Below are positions 49,670-60,250 of a DNA stretch of 64,000 nucleotides, one piece after another; position 1 is the stretch's first letter; the number at the start of each line of letters is the position of its first letter. The notes under the pieces are model-generated. The model was not told the origin of the DNA, ran no database searches, and saw only the letters and a list, made by a program, of their open reading frames with translations. The position numbers and the translations under genes are program-made. The DNA is from a virus, in IMG/VR virus record IMGVR_UViG_3300011189_000006, positions 27,135 through 91,134 of that record. One strand, written 5' to 3'.

Positions 49670-50062
49670 TTAAATTAATTTATTAATTTTTAAATCTCTA
49701 ACCTTATCAATAAAACATCCTAAGTGAACTAAACTTACACCTTCAGAGTAATATCCGTTACTTATACCAAGCCACCTTATTGTGACATAACCTTTAATAG
49801 TTGCCATATTGTAGAAACTATATGTATAACTCTCGCCAATACCATCGCCACTTCCTTCATTGGAATTACATTCAGATTTTAATATAGGACTATTTAACAA
49901 ATCATCTAGACTACCATTTATATCATCTATCACAACATCTTCACAACAATCTTGAATATGCTTCATAGAATATTTATTTCCATCTGATAATAGAAAAACT
50001 ATCTCATTTTTTTCATTATTAATATTAACGTCTAATATAATCTTTCCTAAAAGTTCATCCAT
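49670..50062 (-). CDS. Conserved phage protein (H.QDCCE.V...NGYYSE family)
   Basis: HIQDCCEDV and SNGYYSEGV motifs. Confidence 0.7.
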   Translation of the reverse strand: MDELLGKIILDVNINNEKNEIVFLLSDGNKYSMKHIQDCCEDVVIDDINGSLDDLLNSPILKSECNSNEGSGDGIGESYTYSFYNMATIKGYVTIRWLGISNGYYSEGVSLVHLGCFIDKVRDLKINKLI

Positions 50063-50263
50063 AGGTTACTTTGGTTTTATATTTCTTAATTCTTTTTTAT
50101 TTCTTGATACTTGTGACTTATCTGCCTCAATACCTTTCTTCTCTAGAAATGAAAAGAAATTTAGCCTAGTTTTTAAATTTTTAACACTGTCCATAATGGT
50201 TTTTTTAAATTAATACTTGACAAAAATATAACAAATAAATGTAATAGCCTAATAATCACTAGA

Positions 50264-50464
50264 TTATTTTATGTTATATATATTCTTAATAGATGATATT
50301 CTAGATATAATACCCCACCACTGCGTAGAATATAGGTTATGACACTTATACATAAGGTCACTATTATCTACAAATTTACTATAATCTTTTTCACAACCTT
50401 CTATACTTCGTTGTTTATTAAAAAGAAATCTACAATAAATCTCATAACTATTCTCTAAAATCAT
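50264..50464 (-). CDS. Hypothetical protein
   Basis: ORF with TATATTTG promoter upstream. Confidence 0.55.
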   Translation of the reverse strand: MILENSYEIYCRFLFNKQRSIEGCEKDYSKFVDNSDLMYKCHNLYSTQWWGIISRISSIKNIYNIK

Positions 50465-50534
50465 ATTTATTTATTTTCGTGCAAATATACAAATAAATAT
50501 TTGAGTAAAGAAACTATTAATAATATATATCACT

Positions 50535-51095
50535 ATGAGTGCTGGAAGAAGAGTTAATACAAAAAGTAAAAGTTGGGGAACACCTAGTAAATACATAGAT
50601 GTTATAAAATTATTTTTTGAAGGAACTATTGATTTAGATCCTTGTTCTAATGAGTACTCCATTGTGAACGCTGATATAAATTATATAGTGCCTCAAAATA
50701 ATGGATTAATAGATTCGTGGAATTATAAAAGAATATTCGTAAATCCCCCATATGGTAGAGACAAGGATAGTTCAACATCCATAAAAGATTGGCTAAGAAG
50801 GTGTTTATTTGCCCATAGAGATCATAACTCTGAGGTTATAGCATTAATACCCGTTGCCACAAATTCAAGCCACTGGAAAGAGTTTATATTCCCTAAAGCA
50901 AATTCTATATGCTTTCTCTACGATACTAGACTTAAATTTCTAGAAAACGGTCAGAATGGTGGGAAAGGTGCTCCAATGGCATGTTGTTTGGTATATTGGG
51001 GCAATGATTATAATAAATTCTATAACTCATTCATAGACTATGGTGCAGTTTTGCCACTAAAAACACTAAAAGATAAGAAAATAGGTAAGTATTAA
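50535..51095 (+). CDS. Phage N6-adenine DNA methyltransferase
   Basis: W.TP, DLDPCS, FVNPPYG, LIP..T. Confidence 0.9.
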   Translation: MSAGRRVNTKSKSWGTPSKYIDVIKLFFEGTIDLDPCSNEYSIVNADINYIVPQNNGLIDSWNYKRIFVNPPYGRDKDSSTSIKDWLRRCLFAHRDHNSEVIALIPVATNSSHWKEFIFPKANSICFLYDTRLKFLENGQNGGKGAPMACCLVYWGNDYNKFYNSFIDYGAVLPLKTLKDKKIGKY

Positions 51096-51337
51096 TTCTG
51101 TAATAAGGAAAATTCATTCTCATATACACCAATCACACCAGAGTCTATAAGTTTAGACCTAACATAATCTAAATGTACACAAAACAAATTTCCATCATCC
51201 TCTTCATAGTATTTTTCCATATCTAGAAATATAGTATCCGAATTGGATAGCAAAGCCACAGATGATAGAATATTAAAAGCATCTTTTCTTTGACTAGATT
51301 GTACCATATCCTCAATCATCATTTTGTATTTTTTCAT
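51092..51337 (-). CDS. Hypothetical protein
   Basis: ORF track. Confidence 0.55.
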   Translation of the reverse strand: MKKYKMMIEDMVQSSQRKDAFNILSSVALLSNSDTIFLDMEKYYEEDDGNLFCVHLDYVRSKLIDSGVIGVYENEFSLLQN

Positions 51338-51826
51338 AGTTTGTTTGTTTGTAAGTTATGTTATATGATATTCGTAATTAGTTTTAGGTATTAACAATAT
51401 TTAACTTTTTCTGGTAAATTAAATATCTTACATATTGCCTTTTTTCTATTATCAATAGAAATATAACGATCATATTCAGCAATTGATTTCTTTAATACCT
51501 CACTTATTCTTTGATTAATTACCATTTTGTTTAAACTTATTTTATAATTATAGTATAATGTTTAAGAATGTTTAATTAAGAAAAATATGGCTATATATAA
51601 AGAATATAAATACCAGAACAGTAAAGGTTACTCCTCCTATATCGTAAGCAAGAAAACTTTCTGGGGTGGAAAAAAATTAAAGAATTTCCAATAGGTTATG
51701 AGTGGGATATGGATCTAAATAAATTAAAAATATCTCTAAACAAATCTAATAAAGAACTAGATTTGTTTTTGGAATTACTTAAATCAAAAAATAACACTAT
51801 ATTCATATCAAATTAAAAATAATACT

Positions 51827-52042
51827 ATGACAAATACAGAAATTAAAAAAGAGCTTTCTAAACAAAAACCCTTAGCAATTTTTAAATACATTAGAAAAGG
51901 TGTAGCATATCACTACACAGATTTAAATCAAGATAGAGTTAGTTTTGAGATACCAGTTGATGACATGGGTGATGCAGATTTTAAATCTAGTATGGATGCA
52001 AAACTATTAAATAGGTGGATAGTAAATAATGATGAGATATGA
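51827..52042 (+). CDS. Hypothetical protein
   Basis: ORF track. Confidence 0.7.
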   Translation: MTNTEIKKELSKQKPLAIFKYIRKGVAYHYTDLNQDRVSFEIPVDDMGDADFKSSMDAKLLNRWIVNNDEI

Positions 52043-52344
52043 GATTATTTGACACAGGTGGTATTGACAATGAAACTGTAGACCTTGATGACGTTGAGAT
52101 ATATTCACACTTGTCAAGCCATTATGAAACATTGCGTAACTTAATGTTTCAGGAAATAGGATACTCATACTGCTATATGAATTATTGGAATAATGATATA
52201 TATAGTGTATATGATTCACAGAAAGAAAGAATCAATGAACTTATACAATATTTTACTGATAACGAGAAAGATAATAGAGGGGATGTGTTGTGGTTTAAAG
52301 AGCAAGTATTTATATTTCAGTGTGAGATAGAAAACATGTGCTAA
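52039..52344 (+). CDS. Hypothetical protein
   Basis: ORF track. Confidence 0.7.
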   Translation: MRLFDTGGIDNETVDLDDVEIYSHLSSHYETLRNLMFQEIGYSYCYMNYWNNDIYSVYDSQKERINELIQYFTDNEKDNRGDVLWFKEQVFIFQCEIENMC

Positions 52345-52357
52345 ATTATTTAAAATT

Positions 52358-52630
52358 ATGATAAAAACAATTATTACTAGAATGAATAAAAAATCTAAAC
52401 TATATGCTATAATATTAGGACTAACATTATTCTTTGTTTCCTCTATATTTACATCATTTGGAATATCACTTATAATAGTGGTATCTAGTGGTGTTATAAT
52501 ATCTATCATAGACCAATTCAAAGAAAATGGCATTATGATACATAACCAAAGATGGAAACCAATATTATATTTATCCTTTGTTATAGTCCCATTAACTATC
52601 TTTTTACTAACATTATTTAAATCATGTTAG
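52358..52630 (+). CDS. Membrane protein
   Basis: Hydrophobic segments. Confidence 0.6.
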   Translation: MIKTIITRMNKKSKLYAIILGLTLFFVSSIFTSFGISLIIVVSSGVIISIIDQFKENGIMIHNQRWKPILYLSFVIVPLTIFLLTLFKSC

Positions 52631-52875
52631 TAAAAAAAATATTTGCGACTGATAAGTTAAAGCACCTTGTATTAGGACTCTTAATTTACTCTGCACTCAC
52701 ACATTTAGTAAGTCCTCTTATATCACTACTAATCACAGTATTTATAGCAATTGCTAAAGAAGTAATATGGGATAAATTACTAAAAAAAGGAACTCCTGAA
52801 ATTCTAGATGTTATAATGACAATAATATTCCCATTTTTCTTGTTTCTAATCCAAACTTATCTACTACCACTATGA
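52624..52875 (+). CDS. Small membrane protein (DK..H...KE..D motif)
   Basis: DKLKHLVLG...AKEVIWD...G..E..D. Confidence 0.65.
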   Translation: MLVKKIFATDKLKHLVLGLLIYSALTHLVSPLISLLITVFIAIAKEVIWDKLLKKGTPEILDVIMTIIFPFFLFLIQTYLLPL

Positions 52876-53834
52876 AAACAAAGCAAGAAAAAAATATAAA
52901 CGTATTATCATTATTTGACGGGATGTCTTGTGGACAAATAGCTCTTGATCATCTAGGATTTAAGATAGGTAAATACTTTGCATCAGAAATTGAGAAATCA
53001 TCAATAAAAGTAGCTAGTCATAATTATCCAAATACTATACATATCGGTAATGTTACTAGTATAGATTCTAAAATCCTACCAGATATAGATTTGCTTATGG
53101 GTGGTAGTCCATGCACTGACTTCTCTATGGCAGGTTCTAAAAATGGACTTGATGTTAATGAGGTTCAAGTATATAGTTTAGACAAGTATATAGAACTAAA
53201 AAACAATGGATTTACCTTCTCAGGGCAGTCATATCTTTTTTGGGAGTTTGTAAGATTATTCAAAGAAACTAAGCCTAAGTATTTTTTACTTGAAAATGTG
53301 AAAATGAAGAAAGTTTATGAAGATATTATAACTAAAGAACTAGGTGTAGAGCCAATTATGATTGATAGTGCTTTAGTATCTGCACAGACTAGAAAAAGGC
53401 TATACTGGACTAATATACAAAATATCAAACAACCCGAAGATAGATGTATTAATATAGAGGATGTTGTATATGATGATTCATATAAGACATTTACTAATCC
53501 AAGAATAGCTTTGTCTAAGAAAGCTACTAAGAACTACGTAAAGTGGGATATATCTGGTAAGGGATATTGGTCTCAACAAGATAGAGCATATTATAGAAAT
53601 AGTAAAATGTGTACGTTACCCAAATCTAGAGCAGGTAGTAAATTAAATATCGTTGTTGATTATGATAATAATATTTATAGAAGATCACACCCAATAGAGG
53701 TAGAGCGATATCAAACAATACCTGATAATTACACGCTAGTTGATGGTGTGAGTAATACTAAACGTCTGGAGATGGTTGGGAATGGTTGGACAATAGATGT
53801 TATAAAGCATATTCTTAAATATATGAAGTTTTAA
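52872..53834 (+). CDS. C5 cytosine DNA methyltransferase
   Basis: LSLFDG, GGSPC, LLENV, Q.RKR.YW, GNGW. Confidence 0.93.
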   Translation: MKTKQEKNINVLSLFDGMSCGQIALDHLGFKIGKYFASEIEKSSIKVASHNYPNTIHIGNVTSIDSKILPDIDLLMGGSPCTDFSMAGSKNGLDVNEVQVYSLDKYIELKNNGFTFSGQSYLFWEFVRLFKETKPKYFLLENVKMKKVYEDIITKELGVEPIMIDSALVSAQTRKRLYWTNIQNIKQPEDRCINIEDVVYDDSYKTFTNPRIALSKKATKNYVKWDISGKGYWSQQDRAYYRNSKMCTLPKSRAGSKLNIVVDYDNNIYRRSHPIEVERYQTIPDNYTLVDGVSNTKRLEMVGNGWTIDVIKHILKYMKF

Positions 53835-53985
53835 GTCTTATCACCATAAATAAATACAATTGCTATAGTCAACCTATTGACTTTAATCATTCTATTTAAA
53901 TCAAATCTATTACTCATAACATTTATATTTGTAATTAATAGAATGTTTAATATTTTTTACTATATTTGTAAATAAAAATATACTT

Positions 53986-54225
53986 ATGAGAAAAATGAAA
54001 AATATATCGGTTGATAAAGAATACCTTAGAAATCTTTTGAAAAGTGGCAGACAAAAAGCTATTTTCGGATTAGGTGGTTTTTCTGGTAGTACAGCATTAA
54101 GTTTTGAAATAGTAAATCACGATGGTTATGTAACAGAAATCTGTGAAGAGTCAGGATATTGTCAATGGACAAATATGAATGGAACAGAAATGATGTCAGT
54201 AAATATAAATACTATAACAATTTAA
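53986..54225 (+). CDS. Hypothetical protein
   Basis: ORF with TATATTTG promoter. Confidence 0.6.
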   Translation: MRKMKNISVDKEYLRNLLKSGRQKAIFGLGGFSGSTALSFEIVNHDGYVTEICEESGYCQWTNMNGTEMMSVNINTITI

Positions 54226-54235
54226 ACAAACAAAT

Positions 54236-54508
54236 ATGGAAACATCAATTAAGAACCCACTAATATTTTTAATAAACACCGAAAGAAATCAAGAAATGAT
54301 ATCTTCGTTCAACTGTATAGTTGATGTTCTTACACACTCTAGTGGTATAGAAAGTGCTAAAAAAAGTATAGAAACCGATTTGACAATTTATTTCTATGAT
54401 TATTTTTCTATAATTATAGAAGAAAAGAGTATTAAGGTAATTCAGAAAAAATTTCCAAACCAAAGCTATACAAGTTTTAAGAACAACACAATTTTAATAT
54501 TTAGTTAA
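54236..54508 (+). CDS. Hypothetical protein
   Basis: ORF track. Confidence 0.55.
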   Translation: METSIKNPLIFLINTERNQEMISSFNCIVDVLTHSSGIESAKKSIETDLTIYFYDYFSIIIEEKSIKVIQKKFPNQSYTSFKNNTILIFS

Positions 54509-54550
54509 ATAAGAAAGAAGTTTGTAATTGTTACTATTAATATATAAGTA

Positions 54551-55012
54551 ATGATTAAAAGTTTTAGATTGTTTAACGAAAGCATACACAATATTCAATA
54601 TAGCAAAGAAGTTGATGAAGATGGTGATAATATCGAAATAAGTGCTTATTTAGATGGTAGTAGTATTGCTAAGTTATCTTTTGAAATCCTATATGATGCA
54701 TATGAATATGAATTTAGTGATGACTTCACAGAAGATGAATTTGATGCTATTTATACAGATGTGAGTATTGTTAAGTTATCACACATTGAAGTAAATAAAG
54801 ATTATATGAGAGAGGGCGTAGCTAAAAAACTTATTAGTTACGGAATAAGCCTTATGATAAAAGAGGGTTATAATGAATTCTTTTTAAATGCATCACCCAT
54901 GGGCTTCCATGGGATGAGATTACAACCACTTATAGAATTTTATAAATCATTTGGATTTAGAGAAATACTTAATCAGGGAAATAATTCATTAATGGCTTTA
55001 GTTATTAAATAA
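54551..55012 (+). CDS. GNAT acetyltransferase with capsid-targeting-like N-terminus
   Basis: IEVNKDYMREGVAKKLI, LIEFYKSFGF; MIKSFRLFNES. Confidence 0.85.
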   Translation: MIKSFRLFNESIHNIQYSKEVDEDGDNIEISAYLDGSSIAKLSFEILYDAYEYEFSDDFTEDEFDAIYTDVSIVKLSHIEVNKDYMREGVAKKLISYGISLMIKEGYNEFFLNASPMGFHGMRLQPLIEFYKSFGFREILNQGNNSLMALVIK

Positions 55013-55028
55013 ATATTCATAAAGAACT

Positions 55029-55283
55029 TTATATTCTTGGTAAATTCGATATATTATCTTTCTTGGTGTCATTCGGGACTGATTTTATATTATTACTAGA
55101 CACAATAACTTCAGTCAGTGATTGATAGTTTTCATTGAGAGTATAAAAATTACCTTGTTTATTTTTTATTCTGTAAATAAGTTCTGGCTCTGAAACTATT
55201 TCTGTAATAGTTTCTTCATTCTTATAAGCTATTCTAAATATTGTATTAGCCTGGTTTCTATGTGTTATTATATATTCTTTCAT
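55029..55283 (-). CDS. DUF3892-like protein
   Basis: IKSVPNDTKKDNISNLP ending. Confidence 0.55.
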   Translation of the reverse strand: MKEYIITHRNQANTIFRIAYKNEETITEIVSEPELIYRIKNKQGNFYTLNENYQSLTEVIVSSNNIKSVPNDTKKDNISNLPRI

Positions 55284-55374
55284 ACTTGTCTTATATATTA
55301 AAATATTTTTTCCGCTTATATTAAAACATTTGCTTATTTTTTCATATATTTATAGAACTACAAAAACAAAATAA

Positions 55375-55683
55375 ATGGAAAAAATGAGATTAGGAAACCT
55401 TATAGATGAGGTTGTAAGTAAATGGAGTTTTGATAACTCTTGGAAAGCATGTGGTGATAGCCACACCTTTCAATGTGATTTAAGTAATCATACAAAAAAA
55501 GAAAATTCAATAGCACCATCCATAATAAATGATAAAGCAGTATGGGTGTGTAGACTAACAACTAATGGTGGTGTGTCTTGGAACACTGCCGATATGTCAA
55601 TTCCAAAGTGGTTATTTGAATATTATATGAAGTATAAGACAAATAAAATATCGGCTAGTCAAATAGAATATAAGATTCACTAA
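55375..55683 (+). CDS. Hypothetical protein
   Basis: ORF track. Confidence 0.65.
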   Translation: MEKMRLGNLIDEVVSKWSFDNSWKACGDSHTFQCDLSNHTKKENSIAPSIINDKAVWVCRLTTNGGVSWNTADMSIPKWLFEYYMKYKTNKISASQIEYKIH

Positions 55684-55744
55684 AAAGAGTAGCATTGGAT
55701 TGTGGTTGTTCAGTTTAAATATATAAGGAAAGTAAAGCAATACA

Positions 55745-56569
55745 ATGTCTTTAAAAAGTATAAAAATGTTTGGTGATTATATTATAGAGAATACGAATAA
55801 TATAAACACAAATTTCTGGAAATGGTTTGGTGATAGTAAGGTTATAAGTGATAATAAACCAACTGTTTGTTATCATGGTACATCATATAAAGATATAAAG
55901 TCATTTAATTATGAGATGATAGGATTAACAACTGGTAATGATGGTCACTATGGATATGGTATGTACTTTTCATATGCTAAGAATGAAGCTAAAATATACG
56001 GAGATTATATATACGAGTGTTATATTAAAATAGAAAAACCATTTACTGGAACATTTGAAAATATAAAAGAATTAAAAAAGATAGGGGTAGAAAACATAGA
56101 TGATATAATAAACACTTCTATTGACTTTGGTTCATTAAAAAACAACTTTTTAGGAAAAAATGATATTGCTATCAAGTTCTTATCATATATAGAAAATAAC
56201 AACATTAAAAAAGCATGGGAATATGTGTTTAATAATAATGGTGATAGTGATTTTTATAACGATCTTAACGATATTATTGAATATACTACATTAAAAAAAC
56301 ACAATGGTGTTATACCAGATTATGTAATAGATTTCTTGGATAACAACAATATTAATGTTATATTTGAAGAAGGATTTGCTAATGAACAGACACTTCATTG
56401 GATAACTGACTTGGGTAATGATAGTAAGAAAGTTACAGATTCTATTATAAGTCTAGGATATGATGGTGTTATATATGGGAGCGAGGTAGTTCCCTTCTAT
56501 AGTAACCAAATAAAGTCTGTACAAAATCTCGGAAATTGGGATTTAAATAATAATAATATTTATTTATAA
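55745..56569 (+). CDS. ART-PolyVal-like (ADP-ribosyltransferase-fold) protein with capsid-targeting-like N-terminus
   Basis: FWKWFGDSKV...P.V.YHGT...G.GMYFS...A..YG...GYDGVI...E...F.SNQIKS. Confidence 0.7.
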   Translation: MSLKSIKMFGDYIIENTNNINTNFWKWFGDSKVISDNKPTVCYHGTSYKDIKSFNYEMIGLTTGNDGHYGYGMYFSYAKNEAKIYGDYIYECYIKIEKPFTGTFENIKELKKIGVENIDDIINTSIDFGSLKNNFLGKNDIAIKFLSYIENNNIKKAWEYVFNNNGDSDFYNDLNDIIEYTTLKKHNGVIPDYVIDFLDNNNINVIFEEGFANEQTLHWITDLGNDSKKVTDSIISLGYDGVIYGSEVVPFYSNQIKSVQNLGNWDLNNNNIYL

Positions 56570-56601
56570 ACTTTTTAATAATAATTACATACAAAATAAA
56601 A

Positions 56602-56907
56602 ATGGTTGCTTACAAACTAATTAGAAAAATGAAAGATGGGACGTTGTCACCACTTTTCATAAACAAGAAAAGTAGAATTCCTTTAAATACCTGGCTAGAT
56701 GCCGAATCCCATCCTACAAAAGGATTTGCATACAGAAAAGGTTGGCATTGTACTGTAACGCCAAATGCACCACACCTATCTACAAAAGATAGAATATGGG
56801 TTGAGGTTGAAGTAGATGATTTTGAATATTATAGGCGACCAGAGTCACAAGGCGGGACATGGATACTTGCACAAAAAATGAGAATTATTGCAGAGTTAGA
56901 CAATTAA
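56602..56907 (+). CDS. Conserved phage hypothetical protein
   Basis: AYKL.R, HPTKGFA.RKGWHC, SQGG.W. Confidence 0.75.
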   Translation: MVAYKLIRKMKDGTLSPLFINKKSRIPLNTWLDAESHPTKGFAYRKGWHCTVTPNAPHLSTKDRIWVEVEVDDFEYYRRPESQGGTWILAQKMRIIAELDN

Positions 56908-56930
56908 TCGATTAATTAAAAAATTATTAT

Positions 56931-57233
56931 ATGAACAGAATTGATTCCAAAGAAGTTGCAAAAACAATATCTAATGAAGATCTTAGTATTATGTTTAATA
57001 ATGCAAAAGCTAGTGTAAAAGACTGGAGGAAAAGAAGTCTTGTGAATAAGTCTATGACAATCGGAGTATCATGGAATATTCTAGCCAAAGATTTTAATAT
57101 AAACCACGTGTATAATATGTTAATTAAAACAAATATGATTAGAGAGTTTGGAGAGTTTCTCCCAAATACAATTAAGAAACATAAATACAAGAAGGATGAA
57201 AGAGAGCCTTATCATGAAAATCCAAAATTTTAG
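56931..57233 (+). CDS. Hypothetical protein
   Basis: ORF track. Confidence 0.7.
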   Translation: MNRIDSKEVAKTISNEDLSIMFNNAKASVKDWRKRSLVNKSMTIGVSWNILAKDFNINHVYNMLIKTNMIREFGEFLPNTIKKHKYKKDEREPYHENPKF

Positions 57234-57235
57234 AA

Positions 57236-57418
57236 ATGAGTAAAAGTGTTAGAAAGAAATGGTATAATTTACAACTTTACGTACTAGAAAAAAAGTATAA
57301 TTTACTAGATAATAGAGTTGATAATGAAGAAGTAAACTATAACGTCTATATATCTACCATAGAAACCATAGACAAAGAAATGTTCATATTAAAGACAAAG
57401 ATTAACAATTTAAATTAA
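57236..57418 (+). CDS. Hypothetical protein
   Basis: ORF track. Confidence 0.55.
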   Translation: MSKSVRKKWYNLQLYVLEKKYNLLDNRVDNEEVNYNVYISTIETIDKEMFILKTKINNLN

Positions 57419-57421
57419 AAG

Positions 57422-58078
57422 ATGGGTTATAGAACTAGAATAAGTAGAATACCAAAGTCCTTATATAAGGAGATAAGGACTTTGGATAAAGACTCACTAA
57501 ATAATAAATATCCACAAGAAACTGAACCAGAAGAATATGTTTATATCCCAGTTGATAATTTTATAGAGGAATTATATGAATTTGGTAAATATACTGGATT
57601 TTCGCCACCAAAAGGTTCTACCTTACAATTTTTCGATAACGAAGATTTAAATAATGATTATGATAATTCAGATACAACTCTTAATATTGTAACTAAAGAT
57701 TTCTTTAAATATATCATTGATCATTACTCGGAAGTAGTTAAAGAATATTATAAAGATATGATTACACCATTTTACCCAGATGAGAGGTTTGGTAGATCCG
57801 AATTCATCAAATCAATGCAGGTTAGCTATAATTTTGAAAATAATAACTATAATTTTGACTTTACAACAATCACTGAAAGAGAGCAGAATTCATTATATAA
57901 AATATTAGAACATATTAAAAGTTTTTCGACAGAGTGGGATGGGATAGAACCCTATGATATAGAAGGTGGTGATAAAATAACAAGTAGTTGGAAAATAGAA
58001 TATATAATTTTTGAACTTGTTAGGCTATACAAAACATTTGATTGGGATAATGACATGCTAGTATACCACGGAAGCTAA
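57422..58078 (+). CDS. Hypothetical protein
   Basis: ORF track. Confidence 0.75.
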   Translation: MGYRTRISRIPKSLYKEIRTLDKDSLNNKYPQETEPEEYVYIPVDNFIEELYEFGKYTGFSPPKGSTLQFFDNEDLNNDYDNSDTTLNIVTKDFFKYIIDHYSEVVKEYYKDMITPFYPDERFGRSEFIKSMQVSYNFENNNYNFDFTTITEREQNSLYKILEHIKSFSTEWDGIEPYDIEGGDKITSSWKIEYIIFELVRLYKTFDWDNDMLVYHGS

Positions 58079-58314
58079 TGTTAAATAAAAAATGATAAAG
58101 TACCTTAAATGTTTAAATTGGAAAGGATTCTTAATTGTGTTGTTACTTTGCATGATTGGTGCATTGGTAAATGAGAATGTAACTAATTTTTCAGAATGGC
58201 TTTTAATTGTTATATTATTTGGAATTCCCATATCTATGTGTGTGTTATTTATTGACAAAACATAATATAAAACTCTCTTTCATATTTTAATATATAATGA
58301 AAGAAATATCTTAA

Positions 58315-59004
58315 ATGAAGGAAATAGAGAAAGAGGTAAATGCGAAATTTAAAAACCTAAGAACTATAACTGCTTTGGTTGCATCATTACAATCTCCATC
58401 TATGATAGTCACTGGTAAAGGTGGTTTGGGTAAAACTTATAACATTAAACAAACTATCAAGAGTATGGGGATAAGAAAGGCTAACTTTAAGGAGATGGTT
58501 GGGTACACAACAGCTAGAGGTTTATATGAAGTCTTATATGATAATAAAGATTCTCTTATATTAATAGACGATTGTGATGAAGCCTTAGAGGATAAAACAA
58601 GTATAAGTTTATTGAAAGCAGCACTAGATTCCTATGATGTTAGAACTATAACATGGAATGCAAAGGTGAGTAAAAATAGTAAATATCCAAGTAGTTTTGA
58701 TTTTACAGGATCTATCATATTTATAACAAATTTAAACGTTGATGATATAGACCAAGCAATACTTTCTAGAAGTATGGTTGTTGATTTAGCAATGACAAAT
58801 GAAGAAAAATTAGTTAGAATAGAATCTATTTTGAAATTTTTAAATCCAGAATTTTCAATGGAAGTAAAACAAGATGCTCTTAACTATCTTAGAGAAAATG
58901 GCAAAACTTTTGATGTGAATTTGAGAACACTAGGTCTTATATCCAAACTAAGATATAACTATCCATATAATTGGCAACAATTATCTAAAACAATGATAAA
59001 ATAA
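58315..59004 (+). CDS. AAA+ family ATPase
   Basis: Walker A GKGGLGKT, Walker B LILIDDCD, IFITN, SRS. Confidence 0.88.
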   Translation: MKEIEKEVNAKFKNLRTITALVASLQSPSMIVTGKGGLGKTYNIKQTIKSMGIRKANFKEMVGYTTARGLYEVLYDNKDSLILIDDCDEALEDKTSISLLKAALDSYDVRTITWNAKVSKNSKYPSSFDFTGSIIFITNLNVDDIDQAILSRSMVVDLAMTNEEKLVRIESILKFLNPEFSMEVKQDALNYLRENGKTFDVNLRTLGLISKLRYNYPYNWQQLSKTMIK

Positions 59005-59015
59005 TACATAACAAA

Positions 59016-59456
59016 ATGAGTAAAATACACACTAAATTTAAAATGTTTACCGAAAATGTAGATTCTAAAGAACTCACAAAGGACGAACTAAAGCATATCC
59101 TAACTGGATATCTAGACGCTGCTCTTTGGACAGAAGAGGAAAGGTTAGAGGAAGAGGCAGAGGAAGATGGAAAAGACTGTGATATAAGTATTAGTAATGT
59201 AACACCTGACTCTATTTATAAAGTTATTAAAGATATCAAAAAACTTATACAGGAATGCCCAGCAGGTGTTGCTGAGGCAATTGATAAAGGTGGTTATGAA
59301 CAATTAGGACATGATATACATCTAAGTAGCAATGGACATGGTGCTGGATTTTTTGATAGGGGATATGACAATGGTGATTCGTTACAGGAATGTGCTAGGA
59401 AATTAGGTGAAACTCATATCTTTATTAATAATGACTGTTCTATTACCATAGAATAA
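59016..59456 (+). CDS. Conserved phage protein (GHD..L..NGHGAGF.DR) with capsid-targeting-like N-terminus
   Basis: YLDAALW and GHDIHLSSNGHGAGFFDRG. Confidence 0.7.
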   Translation: MSKIHTKFKMFTENVDSKELTKDELKHILTGYLDAALWTEEERLEEEAEEDGKDCDISISNVTPDSIYKVIKDIKKLIQECPAGVAEAIDKGGYEQLGHDIHLSSNGHGAGFFDRGYDNGDSLQECARKLGETHIFINNDCSITIE

Positions 59457-59490
59457 TTTAAAGTTGTATATTTGTAAAAATTAAAATATT

Positions 59491-59847
59491 ATGAAATTTG
59501 AATTCGCAAAATTTACAGAAGTTACAGACTTCGCATTTAGAGTAAATACCGACTATAAAGAGTCTGGATATACAAGAATATTTATATGTTCAGATACTAA
59601 TGATTTCTGGCTTGCTAGAGTCCTTAAAAATTATGGTGAAGATTATGAAGAAATTGAGGGATCTTATATCCTAGAACGTGAAAAAATACCCAAAGAACAT
59701 AAAGGGCAAAGCTTAACAATCTCTAGAACTAGGCAAATTCTCAAAGAAGATACGTTCGAGAATTGGGAATACTTTGTTTTTGATAACATAGAGGATGTTA
59801 TTGACAGAATTGATGGTGGATTTGGTATCAATAACTTAGAAAAATAA
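59491..59847 (+). CDS. Hypothetical protein
   Basis: ORF with TATATTTG promoter. Confidence 0.7.
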   Translation: MKFEFAKFTEVTDFAFRVNTDYKESGYTRIFICSDTNDFWLARVLKNYGEDYEEIEGSYILEREKIPKEHKGQSLTISRTRQILKEDTFENWEYFVFDNIEDVIDRIDGGFGINNLEK

Positions 59848-59851
59848 CATA

Positions 59852-60250
59852 ATGTTCGATAGAATAGATAAATATCTAACACATGAGTTATCAGAAAAAT
59901 ATGGGTCTTCTTTTGAAAGAAGGGATTATTATGAACTTGAAATATCATATAAGACTCTTCTCAAAGGAAAGGGGAAAGAGACTGGTCTAATGTTCCTTAT
60001 TGATGTTACTGATAATCACTACATATATATAAATCTATATAAAGAAGGTAATTGCAAAATGGTATTCACGGCAGATGATAATTGTATGACACGAAATATG
60101 GACATTAAGCATGTTGAGATTCTATTCCCATTGTTTATAAAGTTAGTAGATGAATTTATCGGATTATGTGAATCTTTTAATAAATTTAATTATAAGGAAG
60201 TGTCTAAACAAGAATTAAGAAGTCATTCAATTAAAAGCATAATCGATTAA
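59852..60250 (+). CDS. Hypothetical protein
   Basis: ORF track. Confidence 0.65.
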   Translation: MFDRIDKYLTHELSEKYGSSFERRDYYELEISYKTLLKGKGKETGLMFLIDVTDNHYIYINLYKEGNCKMVFTADDNCMTRNMDIKHVEILFPLFIKLVDEFIGLCESFNKFNYKEVSKQELRSHSIKSIID

